A DNA stretch of 64,000 bases from Eledone cirrhosa (lineage: Eukaryota), in the NCBI GenBank assembly GCA_964016885.1, contig OZ024746.1:53754001-53818000 (forward strand), written 5' to 3'. The position numbers and the translations under genes were made by a program. A model generated the notes under the pieces. It saw only the letters and a program-made list of their open reading frames with translations, searched no databases and had not been told where the DNA came from. Positions within the stretch are counted from its first letter, which is position 1, and each line of letters opens with the position of its first letter. Below are positions 1 to 13,314 of the stretch, one piece after another.

Positions 1-54
1 TATATATGTGTGTGTGTGTGTATGTATATATATATATGTATATATGTGTATGTA

Positions 55-97
<43 letters not shown>

Positions 98-116
98 ATA
101 TATATATATGTATGTA

Positions 117-159
<43 letters not shown>

Positions 160-265
160 ATATATGTGTATGTATACATGTATATATATATATATATATA
201 TACATACATGCATACATATACACACACAGATATGTATATATATACATACATATACGCACACACAC
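1..265. repeat. Compound (TA)n/(TG)n/(CA)n microsatellite, representative of dozens of such tracts across the window
   Basis: Read directly. The YIYI/VCVC/HTHT ORFs in the track are translations of these tracts. Confidence 0.98.
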
Positions 266-370
266 CCTTGCAAGCAGGGAACAAGCGGACGTAAAATGAA
301 ATGATGATGATATATATATAAAGAATGAATAATAACAGGTAGACATCATAAAAAGGTAATTTATTCCGTG

Positions 371-481
371 TGCTTACAAATGTTTCAACGGTGGTAATAC
401 AGCCTAGTTATGCTGTGCAAATTTACAACTATTTGCAGAACTCAAATATCTCAATGCTGTGACCACTGTATCCTCAGAGCA
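371..481 (-). ncRNA. Type I hammerhead ribozyme candidate with long stem II, in a TA-flanked island (~320-556)
   Basis: Minus strand reads tgct-CTGAGGA-t-acagtgg...ccaccgt-t-GAAA-catttg-TA-agca. Stem I is tgct/agca and the cleavage triplet is GUA. Confidence 0.7.
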
Positions 482-760
482 GAATGGTTAAAATGTACAA
501 TGTAAATACCCTTAAGTATTTAACCATTACTACATCTAGGATAATCCTATACCTAATATATATATATATATGTATATATATGTATATATGTGTATGTATA
601 TATGTATATATGTATATATATATGTATGTATATATGTATGTATGTATATATATATGTATGTATATATATATGTATGTATGTATATATATATATGTATGCA
701 TATATGTATGTATATATATGTATGTATGTGTGTATATATATATATATATGTATATATGTA

Positions 761-836
<76 letters not shown>

Positions 837-1085
837 TGCATACATATATACATATATATGATGGCTGCCCCTCGTTATCGAGTATGGCCATTGCACGAGG
901 AGAAAAACAAATTAATAAAAAAAAAAAAAAGAAATATATATATATATACACACATACATATACATATATACACACACACATATACATTAATAACAATAAT
1001 AATAATAATAATAACAATAATAATAACGACAACAACAATAATAATATACATATATATATATACACATACATACATATATATATAG

Positions 1086-1133
<48 letters not shown>

Positions 1134-1136
1134 TTA

Positions 1137-1610
1137 TGTCAGGTCACCAGTTGGTGCTACTGGTAACATGTATCCCAGTACAACCTGTCTCATGTTCGGG
1201 TCGTTGGCGACTAAACTGGCAACCCCACCAAGGTTTCTTGGCGAGGAGGGTGGCTTTGGACACCTGCAGGACTAAAAACAAAACCTGTCAAAAGGCAAAG
1301 GGGCTCTTAAGAGTCAATAGCCATCCAAAATCACCGGGAGAGATGACCCCTTAGCCTTTGTCAAGGTAGAATTCTAGGAGAAGGAAAACTCTGATATAAC
1401 ACCTGCAACCCTGATGGTATCCAATGATGTTGAATTGTTCTTCTTTTTGGTAAATATCATCTTGGTTAAGAGAGTGGGACTGGCTTTGTGCAGTGCCTTT
1501 GCTCACTATAAAAGCTTCACAGCACAGGCATTGCTTTATATCTGGAGATCTCTTTGCACTTGTCGTCACATGGTACCATGGGCACAGCACTATGTGTCAA
1601 TAATTGTCAC
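1137..1610 (+). mobile_element. Dispersed repeat, probably a LINE (RTE-like) 5' region
   Basis: Similar to 8690-8900 and 9061-9200, and to 25610-25930 in reverse orientation. 859-897 is the reverse complement of 9062-9101. Confidence 0.5.
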
Positions 1611-1979
1611 AGGTGTAGTGTTTGTACCCGAGTTTTCAAGTCGCTGGCTGGACTTAAAAGTCACACTCGTTCAGCGCATTGGTAGGGGTTCTCCTACATG
1701 GATATAAAGTAGTGGCTGTACTCGAAAACGAGTTGGCAGCCACCATGTATTTATGTATAAATGTGTGTGTGTGTCTGTGTGAGTATATACCTATGCATGT
1801 ATATATACGGTGTGCATATGTCTGTATGGCTGTCTGTCTGTATGTATGTATGTGTGTATTTATGTAAGTATATACATATGCATGCACAAATATGTGCATG
1901 CAAATGTGTATATATGTATTTATTTATCTATGTGTATATGTATGTATCTTTGTATGTATGTATACATGCATATATATAC

Positions 1980-2053
<74 letters not shown>

Positions 2054-2159
2054 ATATGTATGTATATATATACATATCTGTGTGTGTATATGTATGCATA
2101 TATGTATATATATATATATATGTATGTATGCATATATATATATATATATACATACATAT

Positions 2160-2198
<39 letters not shown>

Positions 2199-2305
2199 GA
2201 ATGAAAAGAAGCATCATTGGTTACAGCAATGAACCTTTCTGTTCGATCAACGGAACGGCTTTCTTCTGAAAAAGGCATACGTATATATTCGGTACACACA
2301 CATTC

Positions 2306-2403
<98 letters not shown>

Positions 2404-2952
2404 GTATATATATGTATATATGTATGTATAAGACACACTAGAAGACATAATCAGGAGACATTTATGTACTGAAGATAACTCTTTATTGCCATACAGATAC
2501 ATACAAAAGATACCTCTTTAAGAAGACATATATACGCAAAGCACTGTTGTGGATGTCTGTTGAAGTCATGTCTTTACGAAGACATATGCACGTATGGCCC
2601 TCTTTGAAACACCTCGTTAAGAAGCCGTGCATACACAAAGACATTCTCCTAAAAACCTTTTAAAAACGACATATATGTATGTAAATTATAAACGAGATAG
2701 TCTTCAAAGAATTCATTTAAGACGTGCTTTAGACTTTCTTTCTTCCATTCTCCTCCACATTCCGTTCTTCCCCTCATATGTGGTTACAACTTTTTGCTAT
2801 GCATACAGCATTCAGCTGTTCAAATCTAACCCCGCGCTGAGATTCCTAGGGTTTTATGAAAATTAATATTCACTCATCGCTTTAATTAATGTACACCCCC
2901 CACACACACACACACGCACACACACACACATACACACACACACACACACACG

Positions 2953-3108
<156 letters not shown>

Positions 3109-3699
3109 ACAATTATAATTTTGAAAAGAAAATAGACAAAAGATACCTAATTTTTTCGTCAAAGTCCCGACTGTAAAGTTTCGCCGAGTGGTATGGGAGC
3201 AGAGAGGGACTACAGTGCACCAAGACCGCGATGCTATCGAATTTTCATGAGACCCCTCAATGAAAGGACGAATTCTTAAACTAACCGTTACAAGTGAAAA
3301 CGACTTGGGAGGGAGAATTATCATGTAGTATAGCGGTCACAGAAGGGTGGTGAAGGGTGGTTGTTTGGCGAGTAATATATTTGCTAGAAGAAGCAGCCAG
3401 TGCCCGCCTAATTTTACTCGATAGTAAGGGATTTGGGACGATAAAATAAGATACACATACATATAGATAGATAAGTGTAAACACACACACATATACATAT
3501 ATATTTATATATATGTATGTGGTGTCCCTCCTTTACCAGTTATATATATATATATATACACACATATACTTGGTGTATTTTGCGTTAGTTAATCAACCGT
3601 CGTTAGTGTTCGCGGGATAGAGTACTCTACGAAGTTTTCATGGTAGTTTGTTTACTGCGGTGTATTGGTATAGGTAATCAGAAGAAGGGAGATAGGTGT

Positions 3700-4190
3700 A
3701 AAAGCCCAACTCACTCGCTTTAATTCGTTATTTGTGCCAACCCTTACCTATGGTCATAAATCTTGGGTAATGACCGAAAGAATACGATCGCGAATACAAG
3801 CGGCTGAAATGGGGCTTCTCGGAAAGGTCTCTGGAGTAACATTACTCGATAGAGTGCGTAGCTCGGAGACCAGGGAAACATTTCAGGTAGAGCCTCTAAC
3901 TCTCCTATTTGAGAGATCACAGCTCCTTTACTATGGTAATGTGTTAAGAATATCCCAGGAAATCATCGCTGGACAGATTTTACGAGCAAAACCAATCGGA
4001 AGGAAACCCAGTGGTAGATTTCAAGCAAGATAGTTGGGTAACATCCATGAGCTTGGCTTGTCGCGCTGGGAGAACTAGCTGGATCAGCTGGAGACGGTTG
4101 CTTCTGGCAGGACGCGCTGGAAGGAGTATGTGAGGACTCTGCCCCAGGAACCTCCCAGGAATAAATGGACGAAAAAGAAGAAGTAACAAC
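3700..4190 (+). mobile_element. RTE-clade LINE, 3' end (5'-truncated, decayed)
   Basis: PTLTYGHKSWVMTERIRSRIQAAEMGLL...DRVRSS...VEPL..ERSQL matches the typical post-RT C-terminus of RTE LINEs. It ends in a (GAA)-like tail, with homologous copies at 43.3 and 44.7 kb. Confidence 0.85.
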
Positions 4191-4604
4191 AACAAGGAGA
4201 AGTAATGGTCTGTTCACGTATTATCTGTCTGACGTGGTCGTAACAATTTCATAACTGTTACCACCGAAATATGTATCCCTGTTTTTGTGTAAATGGGGTA
4301 AATTCTAATCTACTGACATCTACTTCATTGTTATACGACGCGTCTGTATGAAGACATATAAATGTATGTACACAAATATATGAGTATATTATTTGAAATT
4401 CCTTATAGACATAGTATATTTTACTATATCGGTAGCTTTTATATTTATATATCCATACATACATATATATAGATAGACACTCGTACATAAAAGAATGTAT
4501 ATACACTGACGTATATACTACAGTGGTGAATTTGAACTCTCATATTTCATACACATACAGACATAAATATATGTGCAAGCATGTATGATTATGTGTATGT
4601 GTAC

Positions 4605-4720
<116 letters not shown>

Positions 4721-5296
4721 CTCTGTGTGTTTATATACACACCTTGATTTAGAACTATCCTACAAAAACAAACATTGTGCTATAATTTTTCATCTTTACA
4801 ATTTACTACAACAACAACAATAATAATAATAATAATAATAATAGTATGAAGAAGAAGAATCATTATTATTGATGTTGTTGTTGTTGTTTTCTGTTTATTA
4901 TTTATCTTGTTATCGGGGAAAACAAATAAGAACAACAACACAAATAACATTATTAAGTCTTAATGTTGTCGGCGCCGATGATGATGATGTCGACGATGTT
5001 AATGATGCAAACTAATATATTGAATATATGATATATATATATATATATATACACACACATACACACACACATATATATATATACACACACACACGCATAT
5101 ATATACACACACACACACACATATATATATATATGCACAAACACAGACATACTTAATTACACACACACACACTCATATATATCATATATATATATATCTA
5201 TATATATCTATATATATATATTTATTTATATATATATATAGATACGTATATAAATATATGCTCAAACAGACATATTTACACACATATAGACACACT

Positions 5297-5386
<90 letters not shown>

Positions 5387-5390
<4 letters not shown>

Positions 5391-5607
5391 AAAATGTTTA
5401 ACCCCGACGGCAGAGCTCAAGCCGTTTCGACCGCTATTTCTGGACTAAATTCCAGAATTCCAGGAATTTAGACCAGAAATAGCCGTCGAAACGGCTTGAG
5501 CTCTGCCTTCGGGGTTAAACATTTTCCTATTACCCACTCTACTACCCTAAGTATTGAGTCCTCTGGTGCCTCATGGACCATCTGTTTCCTTACCACACCT
5601 CCTTCGT
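5387..5607. mobile_element. Fold-back mini-element carrying a hammerhead 3' half (GAAA-cggc..gccg-TC family)
   Basis: 5387-5456 is inverted relative to 5465-5530 and the island is flanked by (TA)n. Related copies lie at ~10087, 21005, 27080, 27862-28170, 38700, 40077-40272, 45560, 55233 and 55820. Confidence 0.75.
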
Positions 5608-5671
5608 ATATATATATATATATATGTGTATATATATATATGCAAACACATACATACATATTTACACACAG

Positions 5672-5708
<37 letters not shown>

Positions 5709-5924
5709 CATTCATACATACATTCATATATACATATGTATATTTATATATTTATATCTCTTAATGATTTTAGTCACTTAAAAATTCATTAAGTAAAATT
5801 TATTCCTTTAAAAAAGCAGTTTTTATTTCACACAAAATTATTTTTGTTTTTCAAAGTAAAACAATAAAAAATCTTGTTATTAGTAAATCTTTCCTGAAAG
5901 CTTGGGTTAGGATATATTTGTCTT

Positions 5925-6245
<321 letters not shown>

Positions 6246-6789
6246 ACACACTCACTCTGTATATATATTTATATGTATGGATAGATAGATAGATACAGAG
6301 AGAGAGAGAGTGAGAAAGGTAACCACAGCTAAAGAAGTTATTCAATAACTTGCTAGTGTATACACATCTGTGTTTCATATATGAATGACTTGTACAGGAC
6401 TAGTACAGTTTCTTTCGTATGAAATCATTATAAGAAAGTCTTTGGATCTCGATCTGACCTTGAGGTAACATGGACATTGAGAAAGACTAAAAGTTCTAAT
6501 GGAGCGGAAGAGTTGAAATGTGTTGTAAAACAAACAAAAAAAGGACAAAAAATATTGCAAAATAGAGCACGCACACACACACATACCCCCCCCACACACA
6601 CACATGCACTCACACTCACGCACACATGCACTCACACTTATATTCCGTTTTTTTTTCCAATGGCAGTAGGTTGAGACTTGACTCCTAATATTAACAGTCA
6701 ACTGACAGTCCGCGATTATTTCGTGTTTTACCTATTATATCGTTGAATAGAGCTCGTTGAGATCTTTCTTTTGTACCATTAGTTATTTT

Positions 6790-7520
6790 ACCCTCCCCTC
6801 CAGATCAAAGGTTATGGAAAGAAATGAAGAAAAGAACCAAGTTGAAGACCGTGTTTTGAAGCCAAGAGGAAAGAAAAGACAGGAAAATGTTGTTTCTTAC
6901 ACTTCCAAGAATAAGCATAAGGTTGTGGATAAGCTATTTCTCGAATTTGTGGAGAGTTTGGTGAAAAAAAATCGACCTAGGATCCTTACAAAGGAGGAGA
7001 AGCTGGATATTGTCTCTACACAAGCCAAATTTCGTCATGACACCAAAAGAATCGCGGAAGAAGGTTCAAATGCAGGCGATATGTCGAGAAGGAGAGATTC
7101 CATTCGAAGCAGGAGATCTGAAGTGTGTGCTATAGGAAAAGCTAAGGGAGTACAGCAAACTACACATCTTTCTAGTCGTTTGTTTCATGGCAAGAAAAAT
7201 AGGTCATGAGGTCATCTTTTCTCCAACGCATATTCCGATTTGCAGCCAATTGAGCTCGTATGGGCCAATGTCAAGGGAGAAATCGGAAGACAGTACACCA
7301 CAAACACCACCTTGGAACAAGTGCTTGCATGACTGTATGCATCATTTCAGAATCTGGAGAGCAAAACAGTCCAAGGATGCATTAACAAGGCTAATTCTCA
7401 TCTGAACAAGCTTTACGAGCATATTAGAGACATTTGAGATGATGAAGAGTCCGAAGATGAAGTCAGTTATGGTGGAAGTGATACTTCAGGCAGTAGTGAT
7501 GAAGATAACTTCAATAAATG
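6790..7520 (+). pseudogene. Internally deleted, frameshifted IS630/Tc1-mariner-superfamily transposase
   Basis: Across frameshifts it reads MARKIGHEVIFSP.. then SDLQPIELVWANVKGEIGRQY..., the conserved PPY.PxLNPIExxW region holding the catalytic E of DDE_3-type transposases. An acidic tail follows. Confidence 0.75.
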
Positions 7521-7737
7521 AGCCTGGCTTCTTTTATTTTCTTTCAAAGATTCATAACTTTTGAACCAGAATTGCAAAACTACCAAACTATAGTTTATTC
7601 TACTCATCAAAGTTATATTTATCTCCCAATAACATCAAAGCATTGTGTTAAAAAAAAACAACGGCCTAAATGGTGTCGCGGATTGTGAACACACATATGT
7701 TCATTCATTGCTCGCAGCAGTAATATTGTTAGTGAGA

Positions 7738-7885
7738 GCAGTAGTAGTAGTAGCAGTAGTAGCAGTAATAGTAGTAGTAGCAGTAGTAGCAGTCGCAGCA
7801 GTACTAGTAGTAGCAGCACTAGTAGTAGTACTAGTATTAGTAGTAAAAGTAGTAGTAACAGCAGTAGTAGTAGTAGTAGTAGTAA
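7738..7885. repeat. (GTA/GCA)n trinucleotide repeat
   Basis: Read directly. Confidence 0.95.
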
Positions 7886-9549
7886 TGGTGGTCATTTCAG
7901 TATAACTCATTAAATCACTAAGTCAGATAACATCTCCTCCTCCCTCTCCCCCCATCCTCCCCTTCAATATTTCATATTTTTTGTCATTCTTCTGATGTTT
8001 TCCTTGTAATTTTCTTCATTTTTTATCATGTAAACAAACAAACCAAATAAACAAACTTTATAGAAATTATATAAAAATATAAATATAATGAAAAGATTAT
8101 TTCAAAAAATTTCTGATTTCTTCGAATCATTTCGGATTATAGATTTGTCTGTATTTGTTTATAACTGAAATTATTTGTGTTTGTGATTATGTATGTACGT
8201 ATGTATGTATATATGTATGTATGTGTGTGTGTATGTATGTGTGTATGTATCTGTGTGTGTGTGTTTGTGTATGCGTGTGTGTGTGTATGTATGTGTGTGT
8301 GTGTGTGTATATGTATGTACGCAGGCACGCACTCATGCACGCACATACGTAAGCACGTGCTTATGTATGTATGTATATATGTGTGTATGTGTGTATGCAC
8401 ACGCACTTATGTATGCACGCACATACGAAAGTATGTATACATGTATGTATGTGCAAGGCCTTTCCCCCACTTAAAAGACCTTAAAACCGCAGGCATTGCT
8501 TGTTCAGGATATGTTACAGGTTCGTGTGGGTGGCTGTAGCCTAAAAGTGCACGAAACTCTATAATCTGCCAAGCTATTGCAATACTATTAGCAGAGTTTG
8601 CAGCCATTATGTATTTATATGCGCGGGGACATATAAATAATCGGGCTGGATACTCGATCGCGCGGTTAAACCACTGGGAGTGAAGGACCCCTAGCCTTTG
8701 TCAGGGCATTCTTCTAGGAGAAGGCAACTCAGGAAACTGGGATAACTCTGACATAAAACCTGCGACTCAGTAGTTACCGATGATGTTGATCTTTTCTTCA
8801 TTTCGGGTTATAGCTACTGTCACTCTGAGAGTGGGATTGGCTCAGTGCACAGTCTTTCCTCACTTTAAAAGAAAATATTCAAGCACAGATATTGCACGAT
8901 AGTATTAATTGATAATTATTAATAATTGTTTCCACTTTTGGCACAAGGCCATCAATTACTAGTACATTACTGGTACTTTATTTTATCGACCCCGTAAGGA
9001 TGCTGGAAAGCATGGCGTCCGACCCTCTACCGATACTGCCATTATTATTATTAATGTTATATCGTGCAATGGCCATACTCGATAACCAGGGGGCAGCCAT
9101 CATGTGTCAGGTCACTTTCTAGCACAACTGGTAACTTGTAACTCTGTGCAACGGTTGCATGGTAGGGCTATCGGGAACTAAGGTAACACCTCAAGTGAGT
9201 TTGCAGTAACAAATGGAGTTCAACAAGGTTGTGTACTTGCTCTAGCACTGTTCTCCATCTATCTTGCAGCAATTTAATTTGAGCTTATTTTGAATACAGA
9301 AAATAATCTAATAACAAGGCATTAAAGCCCTGATAACGAATATATATATATAAATATATATATATATCTCACGATACATTAACGGAGCCATAGACTCTCG
9401 CTATTGCCTGTCAATAATGTGCTCAAAGGAGAAGAAATCCTGAGCTCTTTAAAATACAATATGTTGAAAAGGTAACACACTAAAGAGAGATACAGTGCGC
9501 TATCAATAAAACAGGAAAAACCACCAGTGTATGGAATCTATAACCTATA

Positions 9550-10042
9550 CTAGCCGAATTATCCAAGCCTTGCAGCGTTTCACACATGTTTTTTGTAAGA
9601 AAGTGATGATTGATTTTAAATCAGTGAAATAATTTATGGAGAAAAACTGCATTTCAATATTACACAATGTAAAATGTAATGCATGAAAAATTGGAAAACA
9701 TTTTTTGGGGAAATATATCAAATCAAAATTACATTATTAAATTTTATTGTTATTTTTTTTCTCGTAAATAATTTTTTTCAAAATAACAATTCAAAACTTT
9801 TGTGAATAGGCATCATATCTTGTCATTTACCTATGGTTTAAATTTCATATAAATCGAAGGGAAAAAATTTTCAGTGGGGGTTTGTGCCCCGAGGAACCTT
9901 TTCATTAAAATGAAATATACTTATGCAAGTACTCTGGGCAATGTAGTTTCAGAATGTATATGGTTAGGGGAGGGGGGGGCTATCTCCAAAACCAGAGGAG
10001 GAGTTCGTGAACAAACAAACAAACAAACAGACAGGAACTACA

Positions 10043-10050
<8 letters not shown>
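9550..10050 (-). mobile_element. Non-autonomous Helitron-like element
   Basis: The minus-strand 3' end is ...CTAG|T at 9550. The 5' end reads TATATAAAGTTGTAG followed by a (GTTT/GTCT) microsatellite, typical of small animal Helitrons. Confidence 0.55.
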
Positions 10051-10088
<38 letters not shown>

Positions 10089-10134
10089 GCCGTCGAAACG
10101 GCTTGAGCTCAGCTGTCGGGGTCTTACTGGTTCC

Positions 10135-10179
<45 letters not shown>

Positions 10180-10269
10180 ATAACGACCCTCTCCATGCTA
10201 TGTCAAGCGTTAACTTAATATATTTCTACCATATACTGTACCGATTGTGTTGTTATTTGTTTACCTTTT

Positions 10270-10405
<136 letters not shown>

Positions 10406-10700
10406 GTATATATATATATATGCAGAAGGTTCAGTAAGTGCGAAGAAAACTGGCAAGAGAACCAATGTCAGCACTCGATGCAGAGCAGAGTGTATATAAT
10501 AAAAAGAAAATGGAGGTGTTACATAGGAGATTTATTGCTTAATCCTGGTTACAAATGTTTCTTAAGCAACCGGCTCAAGATCTGGGTAGGCACCCCGACC
10601 AGACTCCAAGTCTGCCTTATCCCAGAGCTCATTCGCTTAACGAGTTGAAAGAGCTCGTCAAAGCGAATGTATATGTGTGTATGTGTGTCAGTGTGTGTGT

Positions 10701-10755
<55 letters not shown>

Positions 10756-10859
10756 ATAATAATAAATTTGAAGAATAAAATCAAAAGAGGGCTCGATAAG
10801 GATAAATATATATCAAATATATAAGAACCCTAGAGCAAATATATATATACACACACACA

Positions 10860-10909
<50 letters not shown>

Positions 10910-10942
10910 CATTTATATATATATATATATATACATATATAT

Positions 10943-10996
<54 letters not shown>

Positions 10997-11000
<4 letters not shown>

Positions 11001-12058
11001 AATTAATATATCTAGTAACATATATATATACACAGATGCATACTTATGCTAGCAAATATATAGGTTTTGTCTTAGGAACTTTGTGGTTCAATGCATGGGG
11101 ATGCAGAACAATAATATGAGAGACGTAAAATAAGAAAATTATAAAATTAACTTACTTACTAAAATTTCACTCCAACTAATTAGTTTCTGAAAAGGAATAA
11201 ACATAGTTTCCGAAGAAACGTACGGAGAAGCCTTTCGTCATCAGGGAAGTCTATTCTCAGCTAAGTTTCCAGGCAATACGTGGACACAGGGAAATAATTC
11301 AGTGGATGGAAAAAAGCAAAGCGTGGACTAAATTCCAAGCCATTGAAAAAAAAATCACTGCTTACTGCGTCGGTGGCAAATTCAAAAGAATCAGTCACGT
11401 GACATCGAGGTCAATCAGTGAAGAGTGGTTTGTTAAGAAGACAGCAGCCGGACGGTTACTATAGTAGCAGTTTTGGCCAATTTTTGCTCGACAAAATAAT
11501 TTGGAGATAATTATATAGAATTAATATATCTAGTAACATATATATACACAGATGCATACTTATGCTAGCAAATTTATAGGTTTTGTCTTAGTAACTTTGT
11601 GGTTCAATGCATGAGGATGCAGAACATTCACACAGAAAAATGAATTCATCACCTCGTGTGCCGTAAGTCAAAAGTGGTGTGAGTGTATTGGTTAGAAACA
11701 ACAGTCCAACACACGTTGGACTGTTGTTTCTAACCAATACACTCACACCACTTTTGACTTACGGCACACGAGGTGATGAATTCATTTTTCTGTGTGAACG
11801 TTGGTACTAGGTGTTTGTCGCATTTAATCAGATTCTCTCGCTGATGATGCCCGTGGATTATCTGTTGCAAACACATTCTGGACGAAACAGATTATCCCTA
11901 ATCTGTCCGAGAGATATAATTGTTATTGAGGCGGTTTGTATAATATAATTTTATTTTATTTTATCATTTTGTCTGCTTCATGGTTAAATATTTCAAACAA
12001 TTGTGGTTTTTCAACCCTCGTAATATTGGACACACGATTTACTGTGTTTCTTACTACA

Positions 12059-12060
<2 letters not shown>
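10997..12060. mobile_element. TA-flanked composite Penelope-derived island with a direct repeat (10997-11110 / 11516-11625), a ~85-bp-arm palindrome (11627-11798) and a hammerhead
   Basis: Repeats read directly. The hammerhead is at 11834-11914. Confidence 0.65.
11834..11914 (+). ncRNA. Type I hammerhead ribozyme candidate
   Basis: tctctcg-CTGATGA-tgcc...ggac-GAAA-cagatt(atccct)aatctg-TC-cgagaga, with a 7-bp stem I, full stem III and a GUC site. Confidence 0.85.
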
Positions 12061-12091
<31 letters not shown>

Positions 12092-12119
<28 letters not shown>

Positions 12120-13262
12120 ATTTGAAGACTAAAATTCAAAGAGGGCTCGATAAGGATAAATATATATCAAATATATAAGAACCGTAGAGCATAAATTGCA
12201 CAAAACTTTCCTGTATTACAGCCCCATGTTATACCCTAACTGATAGTACGATCTATACGTGGATATTTTACGTCTTGATGTGGTAGCTAAGTATATGTTT
12301 TGTTTATACCATTACCTATTTGCATAGGTAAGTATATATTACCTGTATGTTTTGTGAAGGTACGTATACATTCTCGTACGTATATTTGATTGTATATGTT
12401 ATGGCGTATAATTTTATATATTCTGGTACATATGGTTTGGTTATGTGTATACGGGAGTTTTGCGTCTGTGTGAGTATGCAGGTTCGTACGTATGTAGGGT
12501 GTGTGTATATGTGTACTTCATGTTTTGGTTGACTTACGTCTCCGAACATTTGTGTATTTACATGTAGGTATGTGTGTGCGCTTGTTATATACGTATTTAT
12601 TTATTTATATACGTTTATTTAATTATTTATTTATTTGTATACACGCACACACACACACACACATATTTATATGTGCATGGTTTTGTATACCTATGGCAAG
12701 TGTTTTCGCGTATGCTTGTGTATGTACGTATTTGTATGCGTGTATGTATTTATTTAATTTCTATTACCTCTGTATTGTATTTATTTACTTTATTCTTAAC
12801 TCTGAAGCAGAGATTCATTCGGTCTCCTAGTTAGAATTTTTGTTTAAGACTTCTGCTATACCATTTACGTGGTTTTGTCTTTGTGTGCAATTGTTCTCCA
12901 CGCTCCACATATGACGTATTATATTCGTTTTTTTTTCGTTCATTGCCAGAGAACGTCTGTATGAACTACCTAAGAGAACATTAGTCTACGACCTCTTTTA
13001 TACCATAAACGTGGTTCTGTCTTTGCGCGTAATTGTTTTTCACCGCTCCTATTAATGACGTATTATATTCGTTTTTTCCCGTTCTTTGCCAGGGAGCGTT
13101 TCCACGAACCAAAGTATCGTCTTCCTGTCTTCCTCCGGTTGCAACGTTTTTTGAAATATCCACTTCTGCGTTTACAGATTGACTTTGTTAGTTTCAGAAG
13201 ATCCCGTTAAGGGTGAAAGCAGCGATTCTTTGCTTAAACTTTAATCTCTTATTTTAATAAAT
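12092..13262 (+). mobile_element. 3' fragment and pLTR of the Penelope-like family seen at 49.1-50.4 kb, preceded by an inverted terminal tip
   Basis: 12191-12430 matches 50207-50445. 12850-13260 is the reverse complement of 48670-49070. 12092-12190 is the family terminus in reverse, with the linkage shown at 55700-55815. Flanked by (TA)n. Confidence 0.85.
13190..13240 (+). ncRNA. Hammerhead-like fold with variant core CAGAAGA
   Basis: agttt-CAGAAGA-tccc(gttaa)gggt-GAAA-gca..tgc-TT-aaact. The same core occurs at ~46251 (+) and ~48686 (-). Confidence 0.6.
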
Positions 13263-13264
13263 AA

Positions 13265-13310
<46 letters not shown>

Positions 13311-13314
<4 letters not shown>

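Noticed and set aside
12981-13163. 60-aa ORF recurring at 48764-48946 as a conserved small protein
   Set aside because: It is antisense within two copies of the same pLTR, has a GTG start and shows no coding evidence.
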